A stretch of DNA of 64,000 bases, taken from Gammaproteobacteria bacterium. Its GTDB lineage: Bacteria > Pseudomonadota > Gammaproteobacteria > JABABF01. Below the pieces are notes generated by a model, which saw only the letters and a program-made list of their open reading frames with translations, was not told the origin of the DNA and made no database searches. Of this stretch, positions 42,060-52,498 are shown piece after piece. The position numbers were made by a program, and so were the translations under genes. The stretch's first letter is position 1, and every line of letters starts with the position of its first letter. The stretch is from the NCBI GenBank assembly GCA_965237805.1, contig OZ250153.1, positions 544,001 to 608,000 on the forward strand. The letters run 5' to 3'.

Positions 42060-43293
42060 CTGGCCAGTCATAATCGCTGTAGCTCGTGCGCGTGGGAGGA
42101 ACGCCGCGCCGCCCCTCTGCTACTGTGTCGTCAGCTGACCACAGCTTTTGCTGCTTCAAGTGCTCGGCGTACTTGTGATGATCCGGCTTCCGATCGGAGG
42201 ACTTGTTCGGACGGCTGAGTCCGGCCGCCACCACCGTGACGCGCAACTCGTCGCCCATGCTGTCGTTGAAGACTACCCCGTAGATGTTATCGGCATCTTC
42301 ACCAGCCAAATCCTCGATGCGCTGGCCGATCTCCTGCATCTCACCGGCGGTGAAACTTTCCTGCGTCACCGTAATGTTGTACAAGATGCCGCGCGCATCG
42401 TGCAGATGCGTATCCTCAAGTAGAGGGCTGCTGATGGCACGCTCCACCGCATCGGCGGCGCGCTCTGCCCCCGCAGCTTGGCCAGTGCCCATGATGGTAT
42501 GGCCAGCCTGCGCCATGACGGTGCGGACATCGGCAAAATCGAGATTGATCACCCCCGGTTGGGTGATCAGATCGGCGATGCCGCGCACGGCACCACAAAG
42601 CACATCGTCGGCTTGTTGCATGACATCTTGCATATTGGCATCGTGCCCGAGGATGCTGAGCATGCGCGCATTGGAAATCGCGATCAGCGAGTCCACATGT
42701 TGCTCCAGCACGCTGATCCCCTCCTCGGCGATGCGCTTGTGCTTCTTGCCAGCAAAATCGGTTGGCCGCGTCACCACCGCCACCGTCAGCACCCCCAGCT
42801 CACGAGCGATACGAGCCACCACCGGCGCACCTCCGGTACCGGTGCCGCCACCCATGCCAGCGGCGATGAACAACATATCGGTACCTTTGATCAGCTCGGC
42901 GATCTCCGCGCTACTGGCCTCTGCCGCCTCGCGCCCAATCTGTGGATTGCCACCGGCACCGAGGCCTCGTCCCGTGCTCCCATTGGCGCTGTCCCCATTG
43001 CACCCCAGCAGCAATTTGTGCTCAGCCAGTGAAATGGCCAGTGCTTGGGCATCGGTGTTGGCGCTGATGAACTCGACGCCGCTCATGCCCTGATAGGACA
43101 AATGGTTGACCGCGTTGCCACCGCAGCCGCCGATGCCGATCACCTTGATCACCGCCTGCGGTGCTATCAGTGCCAGATCGGGGACACCACGGGAGATGGG
43201 CACTGGCCTCAGCTCCTGTGACTCTTGGCGTGTGCCCCTGTTCTTGTCTTGCGCACCCTTGCGGGTCTTGCCTGTACTCACGACTTCAAACAT
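42034..43293 (-). CDS. ftsZ: Cell division protein FtsZ
   Basis: IKVIGIGGCGGNA, GMGGGTGTG, INLDFADV, PAFLRQQAD; start MFEVV with an AGGAG SD. Confidence 0.97.
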   Translation of the reverse strand: MFEVVSTGKTRKGAQDKNRGTRQESQELRPVPISRGVPDLALIAPQAVIKVIGIGGCGGNAVNHLSYQGMSGVEFISANTDAQALAISLAEHKLLLGCNGDSANGSTGRGLGAGGNPQIGREAAEASSAEIAELIKGTDMLFIAAGMGGGTGTGGAPVVARIARELGVLTVAVVTRPTDFAGKKHKRIAEEGISVLEQHVDSLIAISNARMLSILGHDANMQDVMQQADDVLCGAVRGIADLITQPGVINLDFADVRTVMAQAGHTIMGTGQAAGAERAADAVERAISSPLLEDTHLHDARGILYNITVTQESFTAGEMQEIGQRIEDLAGEDADNIYGVVFNDSMGDELRVTVVAAGLSRPNKSSDRKPDHHKYAEHLKQQKLWSADDTVAEGRRGVPPTRTSYSDYDWPAFLRQQAD

Positions 43294-43318
43294 CGTTGAT
43301 CTCCTAGTGGTGGACGGT

Positions 43319-44641
43319 CTAGTAGGGGTGGATGCGACGACCGTCTCCAGTCGTTGCAGAGACGGGTAATACGGACTGAAACTGGTTGCGCAAGCCTTGC
43401 ACCCAACGCCCGAACAAACCGGGACGCATCGTCGGCGGCGACGGCAAGTGCTGGATGTAATCGCTGTGACTGCCGTTGAGGCGTCCCATCTCGTAGCGCA
43501 ACAAGCCGACCCCAGTGGCGTAAAGCGGACTGCTAACTGTCTCCTTGAGGCCACTGACATCACGCACTTCACCCAAGCGCGTCGGCATGCCGAAGACCTC
43601 CGCCGCCAGCTCCACCGTGCCGGGCATCAGCGAGCTGCCACCGGTCAATACCACGCCAGCGGGCAGTTGCACCTTGGGCTGATGCTCGCGCAGTTCGGCC
43701 TTGACCAACTCGAATAGTTCTTGGTAGCGGCAACGGATTATCTCCACCAAGGCCTGACGCGCCATCGACCGCGGGGGGCGCGGCGACACGCTGGGCACAT
43801 CGATGGTCTCATCGCCATCGATGAACTCGAGCATAGCAGCACCGTATTTGCGCTTGATCTGCTCCGCTTGAGGGCGCGCGGTCTGCAGGCCGTGGGCGAG
43901 ATCTTTGGTCACATGGTTGCCAGCGATTGGCAACACGGCGGTGTGCCGCACGCAGCCCTCGGTGAAGACTGCGATATCGGTGGTGCCACCGCCGATGTCC
44001 AACAGGCAGACCCCGATGTCGCACTCGTCTTCGGTCAGCACGGCGCAACTGGAAGCCAATTGTTCCAACACATAGTAGTCGGCCCTCAGTTCGCATTTCT
44101 CCAAGCAACGCTCAATGTTCTGCAATTCCGACACACCGCATAACACCAAGTGGGCGCGCGCCTCCAAGCGATGTCCCACCATACCGACCGGGCGCTTGAC
44201 ACGGGTCTCGCTATCAATCTCGAAAAATTCCGGGATCACATGTAGCAGGTGGCGATTCGCCGGTCGGGCGATTGATCCCGCGATGCGCACCGCACGATCC
44301 ATGTCCTCGTCACGGATCTCACCATAGCCATCGGCACTGCCGCTAACCACCGCCATGCCATGCGATTTGACGCTGCTGATATGTGCGCCGGAGATGCCAA
44401 CCACGACATTTTGGATATCACAGTTGGCCATATTCTCTGCCTTGGCCACCGCGTTCTCTATGGAGTGGGTCATGTGGTTGATGTCGATGACCTCGCCACG
44501 CTCCATGCCCTTGGATCGCTCAAGTCCGACACCGATCACTTGTAGCACGCCGTCTTCAGGCACTATCTCAGCAGCGATAGCGGCCACTTTTGAAGTGCCT
44601 ATATCCAAGCTGACGATCAGGTCATTGCTCTCTTTGCTCAT
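43319..44641 (-). CDS. ftsA: Cell division protein FtsA
   Basis: LDIGTSKV, DIGGGTTD, VLTGG, C-terminal amphipathic helix. Confidence 0.96.
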   Translation of the reverse strand: MSKESNDLIVSLDIGTSKVAAIAAEIVPEDGVLQVIGVGLERSKGMERGEVIDINHMTHSIENAVAKAENMANCDIQNVVVGISGAHISSVKSHGMAVVSGSADGYGEIRDEDMDRAVRIAGSIARPANRHLLHVIPEFFEIDSETRVKRPVGMVGHRLEARAHLVLCGVSELQNIERCLEKCELRADYYVLEQLASSCAVLTEDECDIGVCLLDIGGGTTDIAVFTEGCVRHTAVLPIAGNHVTKDLAHGLQTARPQAEQIKRKYGAAMLEFIDGDETIDVPSVSPRPPRSMARQALVEIIRCRYQELFELVKAELREHQPKVQLPAGVVLTGGSSLMPGTVELAAEVFGMPTRLGEVRDVSGLKETVSSPLYATGVGLLRYEMGRLNGSHSDYIQHLPSPPTMRPGLFGRWVQGLRNQFQSVLPVSATTGDGRRIHPY

Positions 44642-45351
44642 CGGTAATTCCTCCTAGGATTGGCGGGGGGATGGCCGACCCAAGCCACAGCCATGGCATT
44701 GGGATAGCGCAGATCCACCCTTTGTAGGGATGACTCCCGCAACGCTGGAACCCAACGGTACAGGAGCAGAAAACGGGATACGGCAGCCTCGAGCTGGTGC
44801 AGGGGTGCAACCAGCTCGACCCCACTGTCCAAGGACAGGCGCCAACAACAGCCACTGTCCAAAGCCAGCTTGCGTAAATCGACACCGGCATCGGAAAAAC
44901 GCGGTGCCAAGCGGCTATAACTGCCAGACAAAGCAGGCAATGCAGTGGCGGGACCGGACAGCAATGGTAGCGACATCGGCACCGGCTCGCGTGACCGGAA
45001 CAGCTCGCCGCCGCTGCCGATGTAATGGTCGTCACCCCAACGCGCCACCGGTCGTCGCTCGCTGATTGTCACCACCAGCTCGCCGGGCCAACGGCGGCGC
45101 AACTGCACATCCCCAACCCAAGGCAACTGCCCTAAGGATCGTCGCAATGCGGGCAGATTGATGCGATGAAAACCGCCGCGCAAATGCGGTGCCAGCACCA
45201 TCCGCACCGTCTGCCACGACAGGTAGTGCAAGTCACCGACCAAATGCAGCTGCCGCACTGGCATCTGCTGCAGATGCCACAGTGCGGCAGCCGACACAAG
45301 CAATACGCTGAACATGATGGCGAGCGACGACCACTGCATGCGAACTGTCAC
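44638..45351 (-). CDS. ftsQ: Cell division protein FtsQ
   Basis: N-terminal TM, POTRA LPWV...RRRWP, VDLRYPNAMAV. Confidence 0.9.
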   Translation of the reverse strand: MTVRMQWSSLAIMFSVLLVSAAALWHLQQMPVRQLHLVGDLHYLSWQTVRMVLAPHLRGGFHRINLPALRRSLGQLPWVGDVQLRRRWPGELVVTISERRPVARWGDDHYIGSGGELFRSREPVPMSLPLLSGPATALPALSGSYSRLAPRFSDAGVDLRKLALDSGCCWRLSLDSGVELVAPLHQLEAAVSRFLLLYRWVPALRESSLQRVDLRYPNAMAVAWVGHPPANPRRNYR

Positions 45352-46283
45352 CGCCCCGCTCCCCGACCTGCGGTCGCCAACACCGACAGCACCAGCTGAT
45401 CGAAGTCAATGCCGCTATTGCGGGCCGCTAGTGGCAACAGGCTGTGCTCAGTCATGCCGGGCACCGTATTGACTTCCAGCAACAAAAAGCCCCGACCGGG
45501 ATCCTCGCGCAACAGGTCGACACGCCCCCAGCCCGAACAACCCAAGGCTTCAAAAGCGGCCAAGCCCAGCGCTTGGGCAGCACTTTCTTGGCTCGCGGAC
45601 AGGCCACTGGGGCAGTGCAGCTCGGTGGATTGATCGCGATACTTGGCATCAAAGTCGTAGCACTGGGCATCGTGAACTATCCGCACCACCGGCAACGCTC
45701 TCTCGCCGATGATCCCAACGGTGTACTCGCCACCGCGCACCCATTCTTCGGCTAATACCACCGCGCTGTAACGATGCGCCTCGCACCAAGCCCGCTCCAT
45801 CTCCTCGGCACTCTCCACACCCCGCACGCCGATACTGGAGCCGCAATCGCTGGGCTTGACCACCGCCGAGCCGCTGAACCGCTCCAGCAGCTGCCCCCAA
45901 TCGCTGCCCTCACGCAACAATTCGCCATCTGGCACCAGCATCCCCAAGCCGCTCCACAACCATTTGCTGCGCCACTTGTCCATCGCCAGCGCCGCGCCCA
46001 GCACTCCGCTACCGGTATAGGGGATGGCGACACTTTCCAGCGCCCCCTGCAGTGCACCATTTTCTCCATCACCGCCATGCAGAGCGATGAAAGCCTGCTC
46101 ATAGCCCGCCGCTGACAGCTGGGAGAGCAGCTCGGCACCATCGTCGATCTGTGCCGGATCGACGCACTGTGCGTCTCGGCCGACACGGCGCAGAGCTTCT
46201 AATACCGCCTCACCACTAGCCAAAGAGATCGCACGCTCAGGCGAATCGCCACCGGACAACACGGCCACCCTACCCCCGCTCAC
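45348..46283 (-). CDS. ddlB: D-alanine--D-alanine ligase
   Basis: GGDSPERAISLASG, LHGGDGENG, GSSIG, LEVNTVPGMT. Confidence 0.96.
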   Translation of the reverse strand: MSGGRVAVLSGGDSPERAISLASGEAVLEALRRVGRDAQCVDPAQIDDGAELLSQLSAAGYEQAFIALHGGDGENGALQGALESVAIPYTGSGVLGAALAMDKWRSKWLWSGLGMLVPDGELLREGSDWGQLLERFSGSAVVKPSDCGSSIGVRGVESAEEMERAWCEAHRYSAVVLAEEWVRGGEYTVGIIGERALPVVRIVHDAQCYDFDAKYRDQSTELHCPSGLSASQESAAQALGLAAFEALGCSGWGRVDLLREDPGRGFLLLEVNTVPGMTEHSLLPLAARNSGIDFDQLVLSVLATAGRGAGR

Positions 46284-47722
46284 GCCCGCCTCCCGTCGGC
46301 CAACCATGCGGCCAGCTCGGACGACACCTCGACGATATTGCCAGCACCTTGGGTCAGCACAATGTCGCCGGGGCGCAGCAGATCTGGCACCACCCGCAAC
46401 ACCGCCTCGCGGTCGGGCGCGAAGATCGGGTCGACGCGGGCACGTCTGCGCAGACTACCGCACAGGCTGCGCCCATCGATGCCGGGATTAGCTGCCTCAC
46501 CAGCCGCGTAGATCTCCATCAGCACCAAGGCGTCAACCTGAGAGAGTACCTCGACAAAATCGTCGTACAAGTCGCGGGTTCGGCTGTGCCGGTGGGGCTG
46601 GAAGACCATCAACAGGCGCCGTTCTGGCCAGATCTCGCGAATCGCCTGCACGGTGACTGCGACCTCGGTCGGGTGGTGCCCATAGTCGTCAATTAGACTG
46701 ACCTCACCCCCCGCCACTGCAAAATTACCCAGCAGCTGGAAGCGCCGCTGTACACCTTGAAAACTCTCGACACCGGTACGCAGGGCTTCATCCGACACCC
46801 CCTCGGCACTGCCCACCGCCACCGCCGCCGCCACATTGCAAGCATTGTGTCGTCCCGGCAATGGCACACGCAGCGACAGTGGCTCAGCTTCCGGGCGGCA
46901 CACTGAAAAACGGCTACCGATGCCATCGACCTGGAAATCGACGACGCGGAAGTCGGCCTCTTCGGCGAAGCCGTAGCTGAGTTGCGGCCTGGCGATCTGC
47001 GAACGCAGTGCGGAGATCACTGGATCATCTGCGCACAGCACGACCAAGCCATAAAAAGGCAGGTTGTGAATGAATTCCAAATAGCTGCGTTGCATCTCAT
47101 CGAAATCGTTGCCGTAGCTGCCCATGTGATCGGGCTCAATGTTGGTGACCACCCCGACCATCGGCAACAGATGTAGGAAAGAGACATCGCTCTCATCCGC
47201 TTCGGCGACCAAATAATCACCGCGACCGAGCTGGGCAGTCGCGCCGAGGCTGTTGATGACGCCGCCGACAACAAAAGTCGGGTCGAGCCCGCCCTCAGCC
47301 AGCACAGCAGCGACCAAGCTGGTCGTGGTCGTCTTGCCATGGGTCCCGGCGATGGCTACCGAATAGCGAAAACGCATCAGCTCGGCCAGCATCTGAGCCC
47401 GCGGCACCACCGGCACCCGCCGCTCTACGGCGGCGGTCAACTCAGGATTGTCCGCACCGATCGCACTCGAACGCACCACGACATCGGCTCCTGCGATGTA
47501 CTCGGGAGCATGGCCGCAATACACGACCGCTCCGAGCGAGACCAAGCGGCGTACCGTATCACTATCGACCAGATCCGAACCACTGACCTCGTAGCCTTGG
47601 TTCAACAACACCTCGGCGATGCCGCACATGCCAGCACCCCCGATGCCGATCAGATGCACTTTGCGCACCCGCCCCATCGCTTTGCGCGCCAAGCCCACCG
47701 TCTCCCGCCCCGTGTCATCCAT
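46280..47722 (-). CDS. murC: UDP-N-acetylmuramate--L-alanine ligase
   Basis: GIGGAGM, GTHGKTTT, EADESD, DDYGHHP, FQPHR. Confidence 0.97.
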   Translation of the reverse strand: MDDTGRETVGLARKAMGRVRKVHLIGIGGAGMCGIAEVLLNQGYEVSGSDLVDSDTVRRLVSLGAVVYCGHAPEYIAGADVVVRSSAIGADNPELTAAVERRVPVVPRAQMLAELMRFRYSVAIAGTHGKTTTTSLVAAVLAEGGLDPTFVVGGVINSLGATAQLGRGDYLVAEADESDVSFLHLLPMVGVVTNIEPDHMGSYGNDFDEMQRSYLEFIHNLPFYGLVVLCADDPVISALRSQIARPQLSYGFAEEADFRVVDFQVDGIGSRFSVCRPEAEPLSLRVPLPGRHNACNVAAAVAVGSAEGVSDEALRTGVESFQGVQRRFQLLGNFAVAGGEVSLIDDYGHHPTEVAVTVQAIREIWPERRLLMVFQPHRHSRTRDLYDDFVEVLSQVDALVLMEIYAAGEAANPGIDGRSLCGSLRRRARVDPIFAPDREAVLRVVPDLLRPGDIVLTQGAGNIVEVSSELAAWLADGRRA

Positions 47723-48806
47723 GTATCACCGCCTCACATTGCTCGGCGACGCGGGATGCCGCATCGGGCACCGCCATACGGTGTGCCGCCTCTGCCATCG
47801 CCAGCAAGGCATCATCGTCCCGCAACAGAGTGCACAGGCGTTGCGACAACAGCTCCGCCGAGCGCAATTCCGGCTCTGGCAAGCATTGCGCGGCACCGGC
47901 ATCGGCAAAGAAGCGTGCATTCAGCGCTTGGTGATCCCCGGCGGAACGTACTAAGGGGACCAACAGCGCACCTAAGCCGATCGCCGCCAGCTCCGCCAGC
48001 GTCAGTGCTCCCGCACGACACAGGGCCAAATCGGCCCATTGATAGGCCGCTGCCATATCGTCGATAAAGGGGCGAACCTCCACCTCCAAGCGCTGACTGT
48101 CGTAGGCTTGGCGCAGCTCTCGCTCGTCCTTGGCGCCGCATTGATGTAGCACTTGGGGACGGGCAGCTGGCGGCATCAGTGCCAAGGCTGACGGTAACGC
48201 AGCGTTCAGTGCAGCGGCCCCTTGGCTGCCGCCGAGCACCAAGAGCCGAGGTCGGGAACCACCGGCTCGCGAACTGCGATGCGACCAGCGCTCGACCGGG
48301 GATGGCCGCCCGCAGAAGCTCGCACGCACGGGATTGCCGGTGTAGATCCGATCGCCACTGGCCATGGTGGGAAAACCTTCCAGACATCGCACCGCCAATG
48401 GTGCCAGCAAGCGGTTGGTCAATGAGGGGACGGCATTCTGCTCGTGTAGTAGCAACGGACAGCGGCATAGCCACGCGGCGAGGCCGCCCGGACCACTGGC
48501 ATAGCCGCCCATACCCAGTACACAACGCGGCCGCAGCCTCCGGATCAACCGCCACACCCGGAATACGGCAGCGCTCAGCTGCGGCGAGGCCAGCATCCAA
48601 GTCATACGTCCCCGACCGCGTAGCCCGGACACTGGCACCGTCTCCAGCGGAATGCCCGCCTGCGGCACGACGCGCCCTTCCAAGGCTTGACCAGCACCGA
48701 GCCAGTGGGTACCGAAGCCGCGGCGCGCCAACTGCTCGGCCACCGCCAAGGCCGGAAACACATGGCCACCAGTTCCCCCCGCCATGATCAGCACTGTGGC
48801 CGTCAT
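47715..48806 (-). CDS. murG: MurG GlcNAc transferase
   Basis: GGTGGHVFP, HEQN, GNPVR, GGSQGA, RAGALT. Confidence 0.97.
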   Translation of the reverse strand: MTATVLIMAGGTGGHVFPALAVAEQLARRGFGTHWLGAGQALEGRVVPQAGIPLETVPVSGLRGRGRMTWMLASPQLSAAVFRVWRLIRRLRPRCVLGMGGYASGPGGLAAWLCRCPLLLHEQNAVPSLTNRLLAPLAVRCLEGFPTMASGDRIYTGNPVRASFCGRPSPVERWSHRSSRAGGSRPRLLVLGGSQGAAALNAALPSALALMPPAARPQVLHQCGAKDERELRQAYDSQRLEVEVRPFIDDMAAAYQWADLALCRAGALTLAELAAIGLGALLVPLVRSAGDHQALNARFFADAGAAQCLPEPELRSAELLSQRLCTLLRDDDALLAMAEAAHRMAVPDAASRVAEQCEAVIHG

Positions 48807-50014
48807 GGCAAAGGACGCCGTCGGGTATTGAGCGGGGCAACGGCACCCGACAATTCGGCCTCAATGCGCAGCGCGATACCGATCATCATGCAGCTGACAA
48901 CCAAGCTGCTGCCGCCGTAACTGATAAAAGGCAATGTGAGCCCCTTGGTCGGCAACAGACCGGCCGTCATGCCGATGTTGACAAAAGACTGCACCGCAAA
49001 TAGGATGCCGGCACCATAACAGAAGCAAGCCGCAAAATCCCGCCCGATGCGCTCGGCATGCCGGGCCACCACAAAGAGACGCGCTACCAATAGGGACAAC
49101 AGACAAATCAACACCACCACCCCGACCCAACCCAATTCCTCAGCCAGCACCGCGAAGATGAAATCGGTGTGCGACTCGGGCAGGAAAAACTGCTTCTGTA
49201 TGCCGTGCCCCAAGCCAAGACCAAACCATTCGCCACGACCATAGGCGATCAGGGACTGGATCAGCTGGTAGCCGCCATTGAGCGGGTCCGCCCAAGGGTC
49301 GAGAAAAGATTGCAGGCGCCGCAGGCGATAGGGGGAGGCGATGGCCAGCGTGGCGCAGGCACCGCCCGCCACGATACAGAGCAAGATGAAATTGGACAAC
49401 CGAACCCCGGTCAAAAATAACACCCCCAACGCCGTGATGGCGATGACAGCGGCGGTGCCGAGATCGGGCTCGCTCAGCAACAAGGCCATCAGCGCACCCA
49501 GCAACAACAGCAAGCCGAACAGCGCACGGTGGCCAGAGCACAGGTTCTGACGATGCTTGACGATATAGGTGGCAAGGTAGCAAATAAAGCACAGCTTGCT
49601 CAGCTCTGAGGGCTGCAAGCTCAACATGCCAAAGCTCAGCCAGCGGCGACTACCGTTGACTTCGTGGCCGATGTCCGGCACCAACACCAGCACCAACAAG
49701 GCGCAGGCGCCGAGCATCAATAGCAGTGCCCCCCCGCGCTCCCAAAAGCTGGTCGGCACCAACGCCAAAAATAAAGCGGCGCAGATGCCCACGCCAGCAT
49801 AGCTCAGATGACGCCGCAGGAAATACCAAGAGTCACCGTAATGCTCAGTGGCATACTCGATGGAGGCAGAGCCCACCATGACGCTACCGACACAGAGCAA
49901 CGCCAGCACCAGCAACACCAGCGTCTCATCACCCATGGACAGCACATGACGCCAAGGCGCGACTTGCCGCTGGATGCTGTGGCGCTCATCTTCCCGCTCC
50001 GACAAAGAATGCAT
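48803..50014 (-). CDS. ftsW: SEDS peptidoglycan polymerase FtsW
   Basis: NGSRRW, QPSEL, EPDLG, PESHTDFIF, PFISYGGSS. Confidence 0.96.
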   Translation of the reverse strand: MHSLSEREDERHSIQRQVAPWRHVLSMGDETLVLLVLALLCVGSVMVGSASIEYATEHYGDSWYFLRRHLSYAGVGICAALFLALVPTSFWERGGALLLMLGACALLVLVLVPDIGHEVNGSRRWLSFGMLSLQPSELSKLCFICYLATYIVKHRQNLCSGHRALFGLLLLLGALMALLLSEPDLGTAAVIAITALGVLFLTGVRLSNFILLCIVAGGACATLAIASPYRLRRLQSFLDPWADPLNGGYQLIQSLIAYGRGEWFGLGLGHGIQKQFFLPESHTDFIFAVLAEELGWVGVVVLICLLSLLVARLFVVARHAERIGRDFAACFCYGAGILFAVQSFVNIGMTAGLLPTKGLTLPFISYGGSSLVVSCMMIGIALRIEAELSGAVAPLNTRRRPLP

Positions 50015-50025
50015 CCCCCCTCCCG

Positions 50026-51111
50026 CTAGCGCAGTTTCAAGGTGGCGAGGCCGATCAAGACCAGCATGACTGTGATGATCCAAAAGCGCACGATCACGCG
50101 CGGCTCCGGCCATCCTTTCAATTCGAAATGGTGGTGTATCGGTGCCATCATGAAGACGCGGCGACCGGTGAGCTTGAACGAAGCCACCTGCACAATCACC
50201 GACACCGTCTCCAGCACGAAAATGCCAGACATCAACAAGAAGACGATCTCATGCCTAGTGATGATGGCCAAGGTGCCGAGCGCGGCACCGAGAGCCAACG
50301 CACCGACATCGCCCATGAAGATTTGCGCCGGGTAGGTGTTGAACCACAAAAAGCCGAGCCCGCCACCGCCCAAGGCAGCACAGAAAATCGCCAGCTCTCC
50401 GCTGTTGGGGACATAGGGGATGTACAGGTAGCTTGAGAAGCCGACATGCCCCACCAAATAGGCGATGATGCCGAGGGCACCAGCGATCATGACCACTGGC
50501 ATGATCGCCAAGCCGTCTAAACCGTCGGTGAGATTGACCGCATTGCTACTGCCGACGATCACGAAGTAGCTGAGCAAAAAATAGCCCACCACACCGATAT
50601 CCAGCATCACATCCTTGAAGAAAGGTATCAGCAGCTGGGTATGCTCTGGTGCTGTGGCCAAGTGGTGGAGCGCAGCAGCGGCCACGATGCCCGCCACCGA
50701 CTGCCACAGAAATTTAACGCGTGCGCTGATCCCGGTGGCATTGGGACGCGTCACTTTGTAGTAATCGTCAAACCAGCCGATACAGCCAAACGCCAAGGTC
50801 ACGGACATCACCAGCCACAGGTGGCGGTTGGACAGATCTCCCCACAGCAATACGCTACCGAACACGACCGCCAAGATCAACACCCCACCCATAGTCGGCG
50901 TGCCACTCTTTTTCTGATGGCTCTGTGGCCCCAGCGCACGCACCGACTGGGAGATGCGCTGCGCCGCATGCCGCCGCACCAGCCGCGGGCCGAGCCACAA
51001 AGAAAGCGCAAAAGCGGTGAGGGCGCTGAAGATGGCGCGCACACTCAGATACTGCACAACGTGCATGAAGCCCAAAGACTGCTCCAGATAATGCGCCAGC
51101 TGCAGCAACAT
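50026..51111 (-). CDS. mraY: Phospho-MurNAc-pentapeptide transferase
   Basis: [35 protein letters not shown]. Confidence 0.98.
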   Translation of the reverse strand: MLLQLAHYLEQSLGFMHVVQYLSVRAIFSALTAFALSLWLGPRLVRRHAAQRISQSVRALGPQSHQKKSGTPTMGGVLILAVVFGSVLLWGDLSNRHLWLVMSVTLAFGCIGWFDDYYKVTRPNATGISARVKFLWQSVAGIVAAAALHHLATAPEHTQLLIPFFKDVMLDIGVVGYFLLSYFVIVGSSNAVNLTDGLDGLAIMPVVMIAGALGIIAYLVGHVGFSSYLYIPYVPNSGELAIFCAALGGGGLGFLWFNTYPAQIFMGDVGALALGAALGTLAIITRHEIVFLLMSGIFVLETVSVIVQVASFKLTGRRVFMMAPIHHHFELKGWPEPRVIVRFWIITVMLVLIGLATLKLR

Positions 51112-51112
51112 A

Positions 51113-52498
51113 TCAGTGCACCTCCGCTGCGGCGGCCACCGATTGGGGACGCTGCCCCACCAACTGATCGACCACCGCCTCCATAGCGGCAATGCGCGAG
51201 CCCTTGACTAAGATCGAAGCGCTGTCAGCAGCCAATTCTGGCAGCGCAGCCAACAGCTCTGGCACGGTATCGAAATGCTTCCCGGTCGGGCCAAAACCGG
51301 CGGCGGCAGCGGCGGCGCCAGCACCGCAACAGAGCAGTAGATCGATCCCTGCACGCCGCGCCGCGATGCCGACATCCCGATGCCAATCGGCACTGTCACC
51401 GCCCAACTCGGCCATCTGTCCCAGCAACAGCAAACGCGGCCCCGGGCAATTCGCCAACACCTCGATCATGGCGTGCACCGCCCCCGGATTGGCGTTGTAG
51501 CTGTCATCGATGACGAGCGGGTCGGTCTTGCGCACCACCTGCATCCGACCCGGCAACGGGCGCATCGCCTCGAGACCGGCACGTATATCCACCAAAGATC
51601 TCCCCACAGTGTGGGCGGCGGCGGCAGCGGCCGCCGCCAACAGAGCGCTGTGTAGACCCGGCAACTGCAACTGTACCGGGCATTCCCCCAGCACCGAGCG
51701 CAGCCGGAAGGAGATGCCACTGGCGGCCGCTGGACGCGGCTCTAAGATGCGGAAATCGGCCTGCTCGGAGCTGCCAAAACTGAGCTGCGCTGCGCCTTGG
51801 GCAGCGACGCGATCAGCCCAACGCGAAAAGGCCGGGTCATCCCGATTGAGCACGGCGCAACAGCGCTCGTCGAGCTGATCCAACAGCTCTCCCTTGCCCT
51901 GCACGACACCGTCCATATCGCCAAAGCCCTCCAGATGTGCCGGCAGGGCATTGGTAATCACCGCCACATCTGGCCGCGCCAGCTCGGCCAGCGCATTGAC
52001 CTCTCCCAATGCTGAAGCGCCGATCTCCACCACTGCCGCACGATGTTCAGCAGACAGCGCCAACAAAGTCAACGGTACCCCGATGTGGTTGTTGAAGCTG
52101 CGCTCGGGTAGCGCCACCGCTCCACCACACTCGAGGATATGCGCGATCATGCGAGTGCAACTGGTCTTGCCCGCGCTACCGGTCACCGCAACCAGTGGTG
52201 CTGGAAAGCGGCTGCGATTCAAAGCGCCGAGGCGAGCCAAAGCCGCAGTGGTATCGGCCACCTGCACGCAGGGCAATGATGCCGCCACCGAACGGCTGAC
52301 CAGAGCGCCGACAGCACCGGCGTCAGCCGCCGCAGCCAGATAATTGTGACCGTCGCCACGGCTGCCCGGTAGCGCCACAAACAGTGCTTGATCGGGCAGC
52401 TCTGCGCTGTGCGTGCCCACGGCCATGAATGAGGCGTCGCGCCCGCTCAGCGTGCCGCCCAACAGCTGTGCTGCCTCGCTCAGGGAAATCGCTGTCAT
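51113..52498 (-). CDS. murF: UDP-MurNAc-tripeptide--D-Ala-D-Ala ligase
   Basis: [30 protein letters not shown]. Confidence 0.95.
   Translation of the reverse strand: MTAISLSEAAQLLGGTLSGRDASFMAVGTHSAELPDQALFVALPGSRGDGHNYLAAAADAGAVGALVSRSVAASLPCVQVADTTAALARLGALNRSRFPAPLVAVTGSAGKTSCTRMIAHILECGGAVALPERSFNNHIGVPLTLLALSAEHRAAVVEIGASALGEVNALAELARPDVAVITNALPAHLEGFGDMDGVVQGKGELLDQLDERCCAVLNRDDPAFSRWADRVAAQGAAQLSFGSSEQADFRILEPRPAAASGISFRLRSVLGECPVQLQLPGLHSALLAAAAAAAAHTVGRSLVDIRAGLEAMRPLPGRMQVVRKTDPLVIDDSYNANPGAVHAMIEVLANCPGPRLLLLGQMAELGGDSADWHRDVGIAARRAGIDLLLCCGAGAAAAAAGFGPTGKHFDTVPELLAALPELAADSASILVKGSRIAAMEAVVDQLVGQRPQSVAAAAEVH

Noticed and set aside
43294-43572. 512-aa FtsZ start
   Set aside because: It overlaps ftsA in another frame; the SD and MFE start lie at 43293.
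46280-46307. Absence of murB between murC and ddl
   Set aside because: This is normal in E. coli and Pseudomonas-type dcw clusters.
48179-48864. Long alternative-frame ORFs (e.g. 350 aa over murG) and similar ones elsewhere
   Set aside because: These are expected shadows in high-GC DNA; they are Arg/Pro/Ala-rich and have no recognisable motifs.
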